DNA from: a virus
Taxonomy: Duplodnaviria > Caudoviricetes
Reading direction: 5' to 3' (one strand)
IMG/VR virus record: IMGVR_UViG_2773858068_000002
Coordinates: 113-64,112 of that record
DNA: 64,000 nt
Made by a program: the position numbers and the translations under genes. Below, piece after piece: positions 26,862 to 37,062 of the stretch. Under the pieces are notes generated by a model. That model was not told the DNA's origin and made no database searches. It saw only the letters and a list, made by a program, of their open reading frames with translations. The first letter of the stretch is position 1; the number at the start of each line of letters is the position of its first letter.

Positions 26862-26941
26862 CTCCTTTCCTAAACGAATATTGATCTGCACTCGCTGGTA
26901 GTGCCCGCGATTGTATTTCAACCTGTTACACGCTGATATCA

Positions 26942-27655
26942 ATGTCCCGATCCAAACCCAAAGTGCCCCAGCCGGCGCGGAAGACGCCTGCGCGCTCGAA
27001 ACGCACGCTGTCGCCGTCCGCCCGCCGCGTGGTGTCCGCGGATAGCCCCCTGTCGCCTCAGCAGCGCCGGTTCGTGGACGAGTTCGCCGCCGGCGGCTTC
27101 CTGAACCAGACCAAGGCCTACGAGGCGGCTTATCGGGCGAGGGGCGCCGCTGCCGTCAGTGGCGCGTCGCGGTTGCTTGGCCAGGCTAACGTCGCCGCGG
27201 CGGTGCAGGCCCTGCGCGACAAGTTGTCGGAAAGGCTGGAGGTCACGGCCGAGCGCGTTGTGGCGGAATGGGTGGCGATGGGCTTCTACGACCCGGCCGA
27301 CCTGGTCGTGACCGACGACGACGGCACGGTGCGCGACATCAACAGCCCGAAGGATCTGAGGCTGCTGCCCGAGCGCGTGCGCCGCTGCATCATCGGCTGG
27401 AGCTGGGATCGCAATGGCAATTTCACGCTCAAGCTGGCACCGAAGACGCCCAATCTGGAGCTGATCGGCCGCCACCTGGGCATGTTCGTCGAGCGCAAGG
27501 AACTGCGATTGGGCGACCTGGACAAGAAGTCTGATGCCGAGCTGGACGAGGCTATCGCCCAAGCCGCGCAGGAAATCGCCCAGGCTGAAGGCGTGCCCGT
27601 GGAAACCGTCCTCGCCCAGCTGCGCGCGGCTGGCGCCGGGGCCACGATGCACTGA
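26942..27655 (+). CDS. terS: Terminase small subunit
   Basis: LSPQQRRFVDEF...NQTKAYEAAY...ASRLL; upstream of TerL. Confidence 0.88.
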   Translation: MSRSKPKVPQPARKTPARSKRTLSPSARRVVSADSPLSPQQRRFVDEFAAGGFLNQTKAYEAAYRARGAAAVSGASRLLGQANVAAAVQALRDKLSERLEVTAERVVAEWVAMGFYDPADLVVTDDDGTVRDINSPKDLRLLPERVRRCIIGWSWDRNGNFTLKLAPKTPNLELIGRHLGMFVERKELRLGDLDKKSDAELDEAIAQAAQEIAQAEGVPVETVLAQLRAAGAGATMH

Positions 27656-29061
27656 TGTCCAATCCGCGTTTGATGCTGGCCAGGGCGCTGCAGGAGCGAG
27701 CCTGGCGCGCCAAGCGCAACCGGCTGAAGTACTACCGGCCGTACGAGAAGCAGAGGGAGTTCCACGCACAAGGCGCCGATTATCGCGAGCGCCTTTTTTC
27801 TGCCGGCAACCAGCTGGGCAAGACCTATTCCGGCGCGTATGAGACGGCCATGCACCTGACGGGGCGCTACCCCGACTGGTGGGAAGGCAAGGTCTTCCAG
27901 CGGCCGACGGCGGGCTGGGCGGCCTCGGTGTCTGCGGCGCTGACTCGGGACGGCATGCAGCGCCTGCTGCTGGGCCGGCCCGGCGTGGAGAGCGATCGAG
28001 GCACCGGCGCCATCCCGGCGGACGCCATTAAGGAGGTTGCGCCGCTGTCTGGTGTTCCTGGCGCCGTGTCCATCATCGTGGTGCGGCACGGTGGCGGCGG
28101 CGACGTCCAGGCCGGCGAGAGCGTCCTGGGGTTCCGGAACTACGAGCAGGGCCGGGCGAAGTTCCAGGCGGAAACCCTGGACTTCGTCTGGCTGGACGAA
28201 GAGCCGCCCCACGACATCTACATGGAGGCGATCACCCGGACCAACACGACGCTGGGCCCGGTGTACATGACCTTCACGCCCCTGATGGGCATGTCGGAGA
28301 CGGTCAAGCGCTTCCTGATCGACAAGCACACGGGCACGGTCGTCGTGTTCATGGGCATCTACGATGCCGAGCACTACACCCGCGAACAGGCCGACGCAAT
28401 CCTGGCCAGCTACCCGGAGCACGAGCGCGAGGCCCGCGCCTACGGCAAGCCGGTGCTGGGCTCCGGCGCGGTGTTCCCGGTGCCGGAGTCCAGCATCGTG
28501 GTGCCGCCGTTCAACATCCCGGACAGCTGGCCGCGCATCTGCGGCCTGGACCTGGGCTGGGATCACCCGACCGCGGCGGCCTGGCTGGCGCACAACCAGG
28601 ACGCCGACATCGTCTACGTGTACGACGTCTACGCAGCCAAGAAGCAGCCGGTTTCCGTGCACGCCAGCGCCATCAAGGGCCGCGGCAGCTGGATCCCGGT
28701 GGCCTGGCCGCATGACGCCCTGCAGGCGCAGAAGGACACGGGTACGCCGATGCGGGACGCCTACCTGGCCGAGGGCGTGTCCATGCTGCCCGAGCGCACG
28801 CAGTTCGAGGACGGCTCGCATGGGGTCGAGGCAGGCATTCAGATCATCCTCAATCGCATGGTCACAGGCCGGTTCAAGGTCTTTTCGCACCTGGAACTCT
28901 GGCTTTCCGAGTACCGCACCTATCACCGCAAGGACGGCGCCATCGTGAAAATCGACGACGACGTCATTTCCGCATCGCGCTACGGCGTGATGTCCCTCCG
29001 CTTCGCACGTGACAACGTGCCCATCAATTTCAAACGACACCGGGAATCCTGGCGCGCATGA
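27655..29061 (+). CDS. terL: Terminase large subunit
   Basis: AGNQLGKT Walker A, FVWLDE Walker B, MTFTP, GLDLGWDHP nuclease, DDVISASRY. Confidence 0.95.
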   Translation: MSNPRLMLARALQERAWRAKRNRLKYYRPYEKQREFHAQGADYRERLFSAGNQLGKTYSGAYETAMHLTGRYPDWWEGKVFQRPTAGWAASVSAALTRDGMQRLLLGRPGVESDRGTGAIPADAIKEVAPLSGVPGAVSIIVVRHGGGGDVQAGESVLGFRNYEQGRAKFQAETLDFVWLDEEPPHDIYMEAITRTNTTLGPVYMTFTPLMGMSETVKRFLIDKHTGTVVVFMGIYDAEHYTREQADAILASYPEHEREARAYGKPVLGSGAVFPVPESSIVVPPFNIPDSWPRICGLDLGWDHPTAAAWLAHNQDADIVYVYDVYAAKKQPVSVHASAIKGRGSWIPVAWPHDALQAQKDTGTPMRDAYLAEGVSMLPERTQFEDGSHGVEAGIQIILNRMVTGRFKVFSHLELWLSEYRTYHRKDGAIVKIDDDVISASRYGVMSLRFARDNVPINFKRHRESWRA

Positions 29062-31334
29062 ACACTTCTGTTACCGGCTTCCGTCTCCTCGATGGCGACG
29101 ATGGCGCGACTGCGCACGCCCGCGACGAGGCCAAGCCCGAGCCGGGAGCGCTGTCCGTCACGCAGCTTGAGCGCTGGCTGGAAGAGATCCGCGATCAACC
29201 GGCCTGGCGCCGCGAAGCGGATCGCGCCTGCGACTACTACGACGGCAACCAGCTCGACGCGGATACCCTCGCGCGGCTGGAGGAAAAGGGCCTGGGCACG
29301 TTGATCACCAACCTGATCCAGCCCACCGTCAACGCTGTGCTGGGCATGGAGGCCAAGACGCGCACCGACTGGCGCGTCGGCGGGGATGACGACCAGTACC
29401 AGGACGTCGCCGAGGCTTTATCGGCCAAGATGCACGAAACCGAGCGCGAGACGCAGGCGGACACGGCGACTTCCGAGGCATACGCGGGCCAGATCAAGGC
29501 CGGCCTGGGCGTGGTGGAAGTCTCCCGGGATAGCAACCCTTTCCATTACCCCTACCGCGTCACCAGCGTGCACCGGTCGGAGATGTTCTGGGATTGGCGC
29601 AGCAAGGCCTTGGACTGGAGCGATGCCCGGTACGTGGTGCGCAAGAAGCGGTATGACGCCGATCACATCGCGGCTTTCTTTCCGCAGCATCGGGAACTGA
29701 TCCTCGCCGCGGCCAACTGGCGCGATTGGGCGGACTACCTGACCAACGAAGCGCGGGTTTCCGCCGAGTTCTTCAACGATGCGCTGCAGGGCACGCGCAC
29801 GACCTGGGACGATCTTGACTGGCGTGACGTGGACCGCCGCATCGTGACCTGCTTCGAAGTCTGGTATCGGGTCTGGGTGCGCGGCCTGGTGCTGGCGCTG
29901 CCCGGCGGCCGCACGCTGGAGTTCAACGAGCAGAACCAGGTGCACCGCGCGCTGGTCGCCTCCGGTGCGGTGCAGCCCAAGCTGGCTGTCTACGACAAGA
30001 TCCGGTCGGCCTTCTATATCGGCCCGATCAGGGTGCTGGACCGCGCCACGAACCGCCGCCGGTTTCCGTATGTCCCGTTCTTCGGCTACCGGGAGGACCT
30101 GACGGGCGTGCCCTACGGCCTGATTCGCGCCATGATCTCGCCCCAGGACGAAGTGAACGCGCGGACAGCCCGCATGATGTGGTTGCTCAACAGCCGCCGG
30201 GCCTTCGTCGATTCGGATGCGCTCGACGAAAAATACAACACGATGAGCGAAGTGTCGCGTGAACTGGGCAAGGCTGATGCCTTCGTTGTCACCAACCCCA
30301 ATGCGACCCGGGGCCAGATCAAGGTCGAAACCAATTTCGAGCTGTCTCAGCAGCAGTTCCAGATCATGCAGGAGCGTAAGCAGGCCATCCAGGAGGCGGC
30401 CGGGGTGTATGCCGCCATGATGGGCCAGCAGTCCAATGCCAGCTCCGGCCTGGCCATCCAGTCGCTGGTGGAGCAGGGCGTTACCACGCTGGCCAAGATC
30501 AATGACAACTACCGGGTCGCGCGTCGCGGCGTAGGCAATGCGCTGCTGGACCTCATCAAAGAGGACATGACCGGCCAGGCCGAGATCCTGGTGGACAACG
30601 GCACGGTCAAGCGCAAGGTGATGGTCAACATCCCCCGAAAGGACCCGATCACCGGCCAGTCCTACAAGGAGAACGACGTCCAGACGGCGCCCGTCAAGGT
30701 CGCCCTGACCGACGTGCCCAGCACGCCCACCTACCGCGCCCAGCAGTTCGCCGCCTTCGCGGAAATCCTCAAGTCCATGCCGCCCAACATGCAGGCGCTG
30801 CTGATCCCCTTCGCGCTGGAGATGTCCGATTTCAGCAAGCGCAAGGACATGGCGGCGTTCCTGCGGTCGCAGCTGGGAATCCAGGCTGACCCCAATTCAC
30901 CGGAAGCGCAGGCCGCCAAGACCCAGGCGGACGAGGCGGCCCAGGCTCAGATGCAGGCCGCGATGGCCGATGCGCAGTCCAAGATCGCCGAGCGCGAGGC
31001 GCGCACGCAGAAGCTGCTGGCCGAGGCCGAGAAGATCCGCCAGGACGCCAGCGCCGCGGGCGACACCGACACGGTCGGCCAGGTGGATGGCGCGCTGGCG
31101 CAGTACCAGCAGGAATTGCAGAAGCTGCGGCAGCAGCTGGCCGACCGCACCACGGAGTGGCAGACCCGCCTGCAGCAGACCTCCATGCACGAAGAGGCCG
31201 AAACCGAACGCGCGCGCATTCGTGCCGAGGCTCAGGCGGGCGGCACCCAGCTGCAGGCCCAGTTCGCGCAGCTCACCGATGAGGTTGACCAGGTCCTGGC
31301 CCGCCTGTCAGGAAAGCAGCCGGCGGCAGCGTAG
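29058..31334 (+). CDS. Portal protein (P22/933W-like)
   Basis: YYDGNQL, NLIQPTVN...G.E, YGLIRAMISPQDEVN, long C-terminal helical barrel. Confidence 0.92.
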   Translation: MNTSVTGFRLLDGDDGATAHARDEAKPEPGALSVTQLERWLEEIRDQPAWRREADRACDYYDGNQLDADTLARLEEKGLGTLITNLIQPTVNAVLGMEAKTRTDWRVGGDDDQYQDVAEALSAKMHETERETQADTATSEAYAGQIKAGLGVVEVSRDSNPFHYPYRVTSVHRSEMFWDWRSKALDWSDARYVVRKKRYDADHIAAFFPQHRELILAAANWRDWADYLTNEARVSAEFFNDALQGTRTTWDDLDWRDVDRRIVTCFEVWYRVWVRGLVLALPGGRTLEFNEQNQVHRALVASGAVQPKLAVYDKIRSAFYIGPIRVLDRATNRRRFPYVPFFGYREDLTGVPYGLIRAMISPQDEVNARTARMMWLLNSRRAFVDSDALDEKYNTMSEVSRELGKADAFVVTNPNATRGQIKVETNFELSQQQFQIMQERKQAIQEAAGVYAAMMGQQSNASSGLAIQSLVEQGVTTLAKINDNYRVARRGVGNALLDLIKEDMTGQAEILVDNGTVKRKVMVNIPRKDPITGQSYKENDVQTAPVKVALTDVPSTPTYRAQQFAAFAEILKSMPPNMQALLIPFALEMSDFSKRKDMAAFLRSQLGIQADPNSPEAQAAKTQADEAAQAQMQAAMADAQSKIAEREARTQKLLAEAEKIRQDASAAGDTDTVGQVDGALAQYQQELQKLRQQLADRTTEWQTRLQQTSMHEEAETERARIRAEAQAGGTQLQAQFAQLTDEVDQVLARLSGKQPAAA

Positions 31335-31380
31335 CGCCTCACGTACAGATTCCCCGCCCTGGGATACGGGCAAACCGCAG

Positions 31381-31412
31381 GCCCCCATCGAGAAATCGCT
31401 GGGGGCTTTTTT
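31381..31412 (+). terminator. Intrinsic terminator between portal and scaffold
   Basis: GCCCCCA-N12-TGGGGGC followed by TTTTTT. Confidence 0.65.
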
Positions 31413-31456
31413 CGTTTCAACCCCCGGACCTATCCGAGAACTAGGAGCAGGAAGAG

Positions 31457-32527
31457 ATGAGCACGGAAAACACGACGGACACCAACATCGGCAACCTCGA
31501 AGAGGTCTTGCGCGATCCCCTCAGCATGTCGGACGAGGATCTGGCCGCGCTGGTCGGCGGGCAGCATGCCGCCATCAGCGCCGACGACTCCACGACCGAA
31601 GGAGCCGGCGCGGACGCCGCGGCCGGCGCCACCCCCAAGGGCGATACCAGCGGTGCAGCGCCCGGCACCGGCGAGGAAGGAAAGCAGCAGCAAGGAGCGC
31701 CTGCGGCGGCTATCACCGCCGAAGACGATCAGACCGCAGCTGGTGTTCAAGCAAAGGATGGCAAGCACGTCATTCCGTACCAGGTGCTGGCGCAGGAGCG
31801 GGAGAACCGTATCCGGGCCGAGCAGATGGTGCGGGACCTGACCGCGAAGCTGGAACTGGACCAGGCCGCTGCCGAACAGGGCAAGGCCACCAAGTCGCTT
31901 GATCTGAACGAGATCGTCGACGAGCAACTGCTGGAGCAGCTTCGCGAAGAAGCGCCCGACGTCGCCAGCCGGATGGACAACCTGATCGCTTTGGCGAAGA
32001 GCCTGAGCGAGCAGGTGGACGCCGGCAGGCCGGCCGCCGTGGAAGCCGAAACCGCGCGCCGTGAACAGCAGGTTCAGGCACTGGTGTCCATCGAGGACAC
32101 CATCCAGGCCAACCAGAAGCTCTCCCACCTCCGTGCCACCGACCCGGCCGCGTTCAACGAGGTCGCCGACATCGACTCCATGCTGCGCAGCCGCGCGGCG
32201 TGGAAGGACAAACCGCTCTCCGAGCGGTTCGAAGCGGCGGTCCGAATGTACGAGGCCGAACGCGGAACCATCGAGCTGCCCGGCACGGCCAAGGCCGCGC
32301 CCGCGCAGCAGCCAGCCGATGAAGCCGCGCGCGTTGAGCAAGCCATCGCCAAGGCGAAGGCGAGCGCATCGGGTCCTTCCACGCTTTCCGATATCCCGGG
32401 CGGCCAACCGGCCGCCGAATCCCAGGCCGACGCCATGACGGCGCTGTCGGGCAGTGCCCTGACGGACCACTTCATGAACATGTCGCCGGAAGAAATCGAA
32501 GCGCAGCTGGCGCGCCTCTCTTCGTAA
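31457..32527 (+). CDS. Capsid scaffolding protein
   Basis: Acidic Ala-rich N-terminus, KHVIPY motif, helical body, C-terminal MSPEEIEAQLA; between portal and MCP. Confidence 0.85.
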   Translation: MSTENTTDTNIGNLEEVLRDPLSMSDEDLAALVGGQHAAISADDSTTEGAGADAAAGATPKGDTSGAAPGTGEEGKQQQGAPAAAITAEDDQTAAGVQAKDGKHVIPYQVLAQERENRIRAEQMVRDLTAKLELDQAAAEQGKATKSLDLNEIVDEQLLEQLREEAPDVASRMDNLIALAKSLSEQVDAGRPAAVEAETARREQQVQALVSIEDTIQANQKLSHLRATDPAAFNEVADIDSMLRSRAAWKDKPLSERFEAAVRMYEAERGTIELPGTAKAAPAQQPADEAARVEQAIAKAKASASGPSTLSDIPGGQPAAESQADAMTALSGSALTDHFMNMSPEEIEAQLARLSS

Positions 32528-32548
32528 TTCTCACGAACTGGAGGCAGT

Positions 32549-33847
32549 ATGTCCCAAACCAATGTTCCCGTTGGCTCGCCGCTCGCGCGCAAGGTATTCG
32601 GCGCGGCGCTGTTCGCCAACACCCAGCGTCAGCCCTCGCTGATGAACAACCTCACGGGCCCGGCGCCCAAGCAATCGGGCGCCGAAGCGAAGCTGAAAGG
32701 CCAGACCAGTCCCGACATGCCGCTGGTGCGTGTCACCGACCTGTCGAAATCCCAGGGTGACCAGGTCAGCGTTGACCTGATCAACCAGACCGGCGGCAAG
32801 CCGATCATGGGCGACAAGCAGGCCGAGGGCAAAGGCGAGCGCCTGGATATGTCCAGCATGGACATTCGCATCGACCTGGCCACGAAGGTCGTGGACGCCG
32901 GCGGCAAGATGACCCAGCAGCGTACGGTGCACAACCTGCGCGGTCTGGCGATGGCCAACCTGATGGGCTATTTCAAGCGCCTGAATGATCAGACCACGAT
33001 CACCCACCTGGCCGGCGCGCGTGGCTCGCAGGTCGGCACGGACTGGGTCGTGCCGATGGCGAACGATCCGGACTTCGACGAAATCCTGATCAATCCCATC
33101 AAGGCCCCGACCTTCAACCGCCACTTTGTCGCCGACGGCGCGTCGCTGGTGCAGGGCGGTCAGGCGCTCGGTTCCATCGACACGACGGACGTGTTCAAGC
33201 TCGAACACATCGATCACCTGGGCGCGATCATCGATGACATGGAGTTCAAGCTCCAGCCCATCAAGATCCCGGGCGATGCCGCGGCAGACGACGAGCCGCT
33301 GTACCTGTTGCTGGTCACGAATCGCCAGTGGCAGAGCATCCTGACCAACTCGGCGCCCAACAGCCTGCAATGGCGCACGTTCCTGCAGAACGCCTGGAAC
33401 CGGGCGTCGTCCTTCACCGGCCCGAAGAAGCACCCGCTCTTCACCGGCGAGGCGGGTATCTGGCACAACATCCTGGTGCGCAAGATGGATCGTGCCGTCC
33501 GCCACATCCCGGGCGACACCGTCCAGTACTGCACCCAGGCCGGCCAGGCCACGGCGGCGGAAGCGTCGGTCACCATTCCGGAGCTGCAGCCTGGCTACAA
33601 CGTCGACCGCGCCATGCTGCTGGGTGCCCAGGCCCTGGCGCACGTCTACGGCAAGAACCAGGGCTCGGACACGTACGCCAACTGGATGGAGAACCGCTAC
33701 AACTTCGAGCGCAACCTCGAAGTCGCCGGCGAAGTCATGTGCGGCAAGGCCAAGCTGCGCTTCTCCGTCCCGGACTCCCGCGGCAACAAGATCCCGACTG
33801 ACCACGGCGTGATGGCCCTGGACACCGTCGTCAACCTCAACACCTGA
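32549..33847 (+). CDS. Major capsid protein, N4-gp56/DUF4043-like
   Basis: VRVTDLSKSQGDQVSVDL...GDKQAEGKGE...AGARG...RAMLLGAQAL. Confidence 0.92.
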   Translation: MSQTNVPVGSPLARKVFGAALFANTQRQPSLMNNLTGPAPKQSGAEAKLKGQTSPDMPLVRVTDLSKSQGDQVSVDLINQTGGKPIMGDKQAEGKGERLDMSSMDIRIDLATKVVDAGGKMTQQRTVHNLRGLAMANLMGYFKRLNDQTTITHLAGARGSQVGTDWVVPMANDPDFDEILINPIKAPTFNRHFVADGASLVQGGQALGSIDTTDVFKLEHIDHLGAIIDDMEFKLQPIKIPGDAAADDEPLYLLLVTNRQWQSILTNSAPNSLQWRTFLQNAWNRASSFTGPKKHPLFTGEAGIWHNILVRKMDRAVRHIPGDTVQYCTQAGQATAAEASVTIPELQPGYNVDRAMLLGAQALAHVYGKNQGSDTYANWMENRYNFERNLEVAGEVMCGKAKLRFSVPDSRGNKIPTDHGVMALDTVVNLNT

Positions 33848-33853
33848 TCGGTG

Positions 33854-33877
33854 GCGGGCGGCCAGCCGGCCGCCTGC
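33854..33877 (+). other. Strong GC hairpin after the MCP gene (mRNA stabilisation or pause)
   Basis: GCGGGCGGCC-AGCC-GGCCGCCTGC, no T tract. Confidence 0.5.
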
Positions 33878-33899
33878 TCCGGTGGAACTGGAGAAATTC

Positions 33900-34319
33900 A
33901 TGGATCGCTACTCTCCCGACTACAACACGAAGCCCCTGCATACGCAGGCCTTCGGCAATGCTTGGGTGGAAACCTACAGCTATCAGGGCGCCGCCGCCAT
34001 TGGCGACAAGATCTACATGGGCGTCATTCCGGCCGGCGTCGTCGCGACGGCGGTGCGCGAGATCAACGACGCCGCGGGCGCCGGCGTCACGCTGGATCTG
34101 GGCTTCGAGCCCTACGACGCCAGCGCCGGCCCGCTCGCCGACCTGGACGCCTGGTTGGCGGCTGCTGATATCGCCGCGGCCGGCATTGTCGATTCCGACG
34201 CCCATCCCATCACCTTCAAACAGCCGGTCAAGCTGATCGCCACGATCAAGGGCGCGGCCATCACCGGCACGCCGCGGATCACTGCAGTGGTCAACGGCCA
34301 GATGGTGGGCGTGGCCTAG
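33900..34319 (+). CDS. Head decoration/cement protein (putative)
   Basis: Beta-rich 139-aa protein right after MCP; RBS GGAGA. Confidence 0.7.
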   Translation: MDRYSPDYNTKPLHTQAFGNAWVETYSYQGAAAIGDKIYMGVIPAGVVATAVREINDAAGAGVTLDLGFEPYDASAGPLADLDAWLAAADIAAAGIVDSDAHPITFKQPVKLIATIKGAAITGTPRITAVVNGQMVGVA

Positions 34320-34357
34320 TTTCCTTGGCTGGGGCTGTGCCGCTACATGCGGCATTC

Positions 34358-34395
34358 AGGGGCTGGACGGTTACCCGTCTGGCCCCTTCTTTTTT
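34358..34395 (+). terminator. Intrinsic terminator after the capsid genes
   Basis: AGGGGCTGGACGG-TTAC-CCGTCTGGCCCCT followed by TCTTTTTT. Confidence 0.8.
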
Positions 34396-34405
34396 GGGGG
34401 TTCCC

Positions 34406-34837
34406 ATGGAGCAAGACAACCTGATTCCGATCCTCTATATCGGGAAGAAGGAACGCAAGGTGGACACCGTTGCAGGCACCGGCTTGGTGTGGCAACGCGG
34501 CGAGATCCACTATCTGCCGCCGTTGATCGCGGCGCAGCTGACCCGTTACGCCGACGTCTGGCGCGAAGGCTGGGACGAAGCCGATGCCGACCCGGCCCGC
34601 GTGGGCCTGGTGGTGACGGAGAGTCAGCTGCCGCCTGCTGCTCAAGGCAAGAAGCCGGAGCAGAACGAAATGCCGCCCTTCAACATGCCCAACCTGCAGG
34701 GCATGAAGAAGGAAGACCTGGTGGCATTCGCCCGCGGGCAGTTCAACCAGCAGCTGGACAACGGCCTCAAGAAGGACGAGATGATCCAGCAGATCATCAG
34801 CCTGTCCAACTCGCGCGCCGCAGGCGAGCCGACCTAA
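34406..34837 (+). CDS. Hypothetical structural-module protein with C-terminal HeH/Rho-N-like motif
   Basis: MEQDNLIPILYIG...LQGMKKEDLVAFARGQF...LKKDEMIQQI. Confidence 0.75.
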   Translation: MEQDNLIPILYIGKKERKVDTVAGTGLVWQRGEIHYLPPLIAAQLTRYADVWREGWDEADADPARVGLVVTESQLPPAAQGKKPEQNEMPPFNMPNLQGMKKEDLVAFARGQFNQQLDNGLKKDEMIQQIISLSNSRAAGEPT

Positions 34838-35487
34838 TGGCCAGCCTCGCAGACTTCGAGCGGTTCGTCTATCCGTTCGCAGAGGGTGCGCCCGCGCCGG
34901 CCGTCGAGGACGCCATTCTGGACGCCGCCGTCGAATTCTGCACCCGTACGCGCCTGCTGCGGGCCTTCCTGGATCCGGTGACGCTGGTGCCGGGCACGAC
35001 GGAGTACGAACTGGACGCGCCCGAGGCGGATACGCAGGTCGTGGATGTGATGGCGGCTTGGCTGCCCGAGGGGCGGATAGATCCCGCCACGCGGCCGGAG
35101 CTGGAGGAACTGTACCCGGATGGATGGGCGTGGCGAACTGCCGGGACCACGGCGGAGGTGCGGCGCTTCTATTGCCGGCTGCCGGGATTTATCCAGCTGG
35201 TGCCGTCCCTGACGGTCAAGGCGCCCAGGGCGCTGCGCCTGGAGGTCGCCTATGCGCCCACTCGCACCGCGCGAGAGCTGGCCGACGTGCTCCTCAATCG
35301 CTATGCCGAGCACGTGGCCGACGGCGCGCTGGCGCGCCTGCACCTGCACAAGGCCGGCTATGCCGATGCGGGCAGGGCGCCGGCCTACCGGACCGAGTTC
35401 GACCAGGCCTGCAACCGGCTGGCTGACGATGGCGCCCGCGGCTTCGCCAAGCGGCGCATGCGCACCGGCGGAGACGAATTCAAATGA
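34837..35487 (+). CDS. Head-tail adaptor/connector protein (putative)
   Basis: MASLADFERFVYP...AILDAAVEFCTRT...GALARL; position. Confidence 0.75.
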   Translation: MASLADFERFVYPFAEGAPAPAVEDAILDAAVEFCTRTRLLRAFLDPVTLVPGTTEYELDAPEADTQVVDVMAAWLPEGRIDPATRPELEELYPDGWAWRTAGTTAEVRRFYCRLPGFIQLVPSLTVKAPRALRLEVAYAPTRTARELADVLLNRYAEHVADGALARLHLHKAGYADAGRAPAYRTEFDQACNRLADDGARGFAKRRMRTGGDEFK

Positions 35488-36125
35488 AGGTCAGCGAGAT
35501 CATCGACCGCGCCCGGATCATCCTGCAGGACGCCGAGGCTGTGTATTGGGAGGCGGCCGAGCTGCCCATGTGGCTGAGCGACGGCCGCCTGGAGGCCTAT
35601 CGCCTGCGGCCAGACCTGTACGAAGTCTCCGAGGATTTTGTCTGCGTCGAAGGGGCGCGGCAGCAACTGCCCAATGGCGCGCGGGTGCTCTTCGACGTGC
35701 CGCGCAACGTGTCGGCCACGCGCCAGCGCGCCATTACGGTGGCCGACGCCGGTGCGCTGGGCCGCGTGCGGCCGAGCTGGCGCAGCCAGGCAAAGGCACA
35801 GGAGATTCGCCACTTCCTCTACGACGAGCGCAGCCCAGGTCAGTTCGAGGTCTACCCGCCGGCCCGCGCCGATGTCGTGATCGAGCTGTCCTACGCGAAG
35901 GTGCCGGAGGCGGTCACGGAGAGCGACGGCGACAGGGATCTGACCGAGGAGGGCGCCTACGCGCCGGCGCTGGTGGACTACATCCTCTACCGCGCCTTTC
36001 TGAAAGAGGCCGACACCGTGCCGGCCTTTCACCAGCGCGCGGCGCAGCACCTGACCGCGTGCCAGTCCACCCTGACCAGCGATGTCACTGCCAAGGCGGT
36101 GACCAGCCCCAACGAGCAGAAATAG
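35484..36125 (+). CDS. Adaptor protein (DUF6682-like)
   Basis: IIDRARIILQD...W...EL..WLSDG...ALVDYILYRAFLKE. Confidence 0.75.
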   Translation: MKVSEIIDRARIILQDAEAVYWEAAELPMWLSDGRLEAYRLRPDLYEVSEDFVCVEGARQQLPNGARVLFDVPRNVSATRQRAITVADAGALGRVRPSWRSQAKAQEIRHFLYDERSPGQFEVYPPARADVVIELSYAKVPEAVTESDGDRDLTEEGAYAPALVDYILYRAFLKEADTVPAFHQRAAQHLTACQSTLTSDVTAKAVTSPNEQK

Positions 36126-36128
36126 CCC

Positions 36129-36518
36129 ATGGCAACCACCAAGATTCGTCTGGTTCAGGGCGACACCGGCCCGCAGCTGCAGTTGTCCCTGACCGACCAG
36201 CGCACGCGCCGGCCACTGGACCTGTCTTCGCCCGGCACCACGGCGCGCCTGCTGTTCCGCGAGGTCGGTGCCAGCACCGTGAAAGACACGATGCCGTGCT
36301 TCGCCATCGCTGGCTACGTCGACCCGGAGACGGGCGAGGTGGACTACCGCCCGCCCTATGACGTGGCCGGCCGCGGCGGGCGTCTGGCCATGAACTGGTC
36401 AGCCGACGCCCTGGACACCGCAGGCGAGTACGAGGGCGAAGTCGAGGTGACTTTTCCGGACGGCCGCATCCAGACGGCGTTCGCCATCCTGAAATTCCAG
36501 GTGCGGGAGCAGTTCTAG
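36129..36518 (+). CDS. BppU N-terminal-like virion protein
   Basis: LVQGDTGPQL...LDTAGEYEGEVEVTFPDGRIQT. Confidence 0.75.
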   Translation: MATTKIRLVQGDTGPQLQLSLTDQRTRRPLDLSSPGTTARLLFREVGASTVKDTMPCFAIAGYVDPETGEVDYRPPYDVAGRGGRLAMNWSADALDTAGEYEGEVEVTFPDGRIQTAFAILKFQVREQF

Positions 36519-37052
36519 ATGACCGGCCCCGTCCACATCGAATACGAGATCGTCCAGGCCACCGTAGACCCGTCCGGCACGGTGGTGGCGACGGTAGAGG
36601 CCGTGGCGGATCCGCTGGGCCTGAATCCGATCCTGACCGACCTGGGCCTGGCGGTGGAGTACTTCCGCCTGATCCGCATCCTGAACCGGCGCGATCACGC
36701 CGCCAACGTGGATTGGCATGCCACCGGCGTCACCGGGCGGCGGCGTGACGTTTCGGAGGCCATGGACCGTTCCGCCGTCGGCCTGGCCTTTTCTCGGCGT
36801 GACGTTGCCGCCGCGACGGACATTTTTTCTCTTGCCTTTGCGCGAGTTTCGGCCGGCGCGGCAGTGGATTGGACGAGCCAGGCGCTGCGCTCCGTGAGAT
36901 TCGACGCCGCGGTGGCGGTCGATGTCCTGGCGCTTGCCGTGGCGCGTGAACGGCGGGACGTCGCCATGTCGCAAGACTCCGGCGATGTGGTGCTGGAGAA
37001 CTACGCCCTTGACTACGCCGCCGATTACGTCGGCGACGCCACCTCCTTCTGA
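36519..37052 (+). CDS. Hypothetical virion protein with short RRDV repeats
   Basis: RRDH/RRDVS/RRDVA/RRDVA; C-terminal DYAADYVG. Confidence 0.7.
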   Translation: MTGPVHIEYEIVQATVDPSGTVVATVEAVADPLGLNPILTDLGLAVEYFRLIRILNRRDHAANVDWHATGVTGRRRDVSEAMDRSAVGLAFSRRDVAAATDIFSLAFARVSAGAAVDWTSQALRSVRFDAAVAVDVLALAVARERRDVAMSQDSGDVVLENYALDYAADYVGDATSF

Positions 37053-37062
37053 AGGAAATTCC

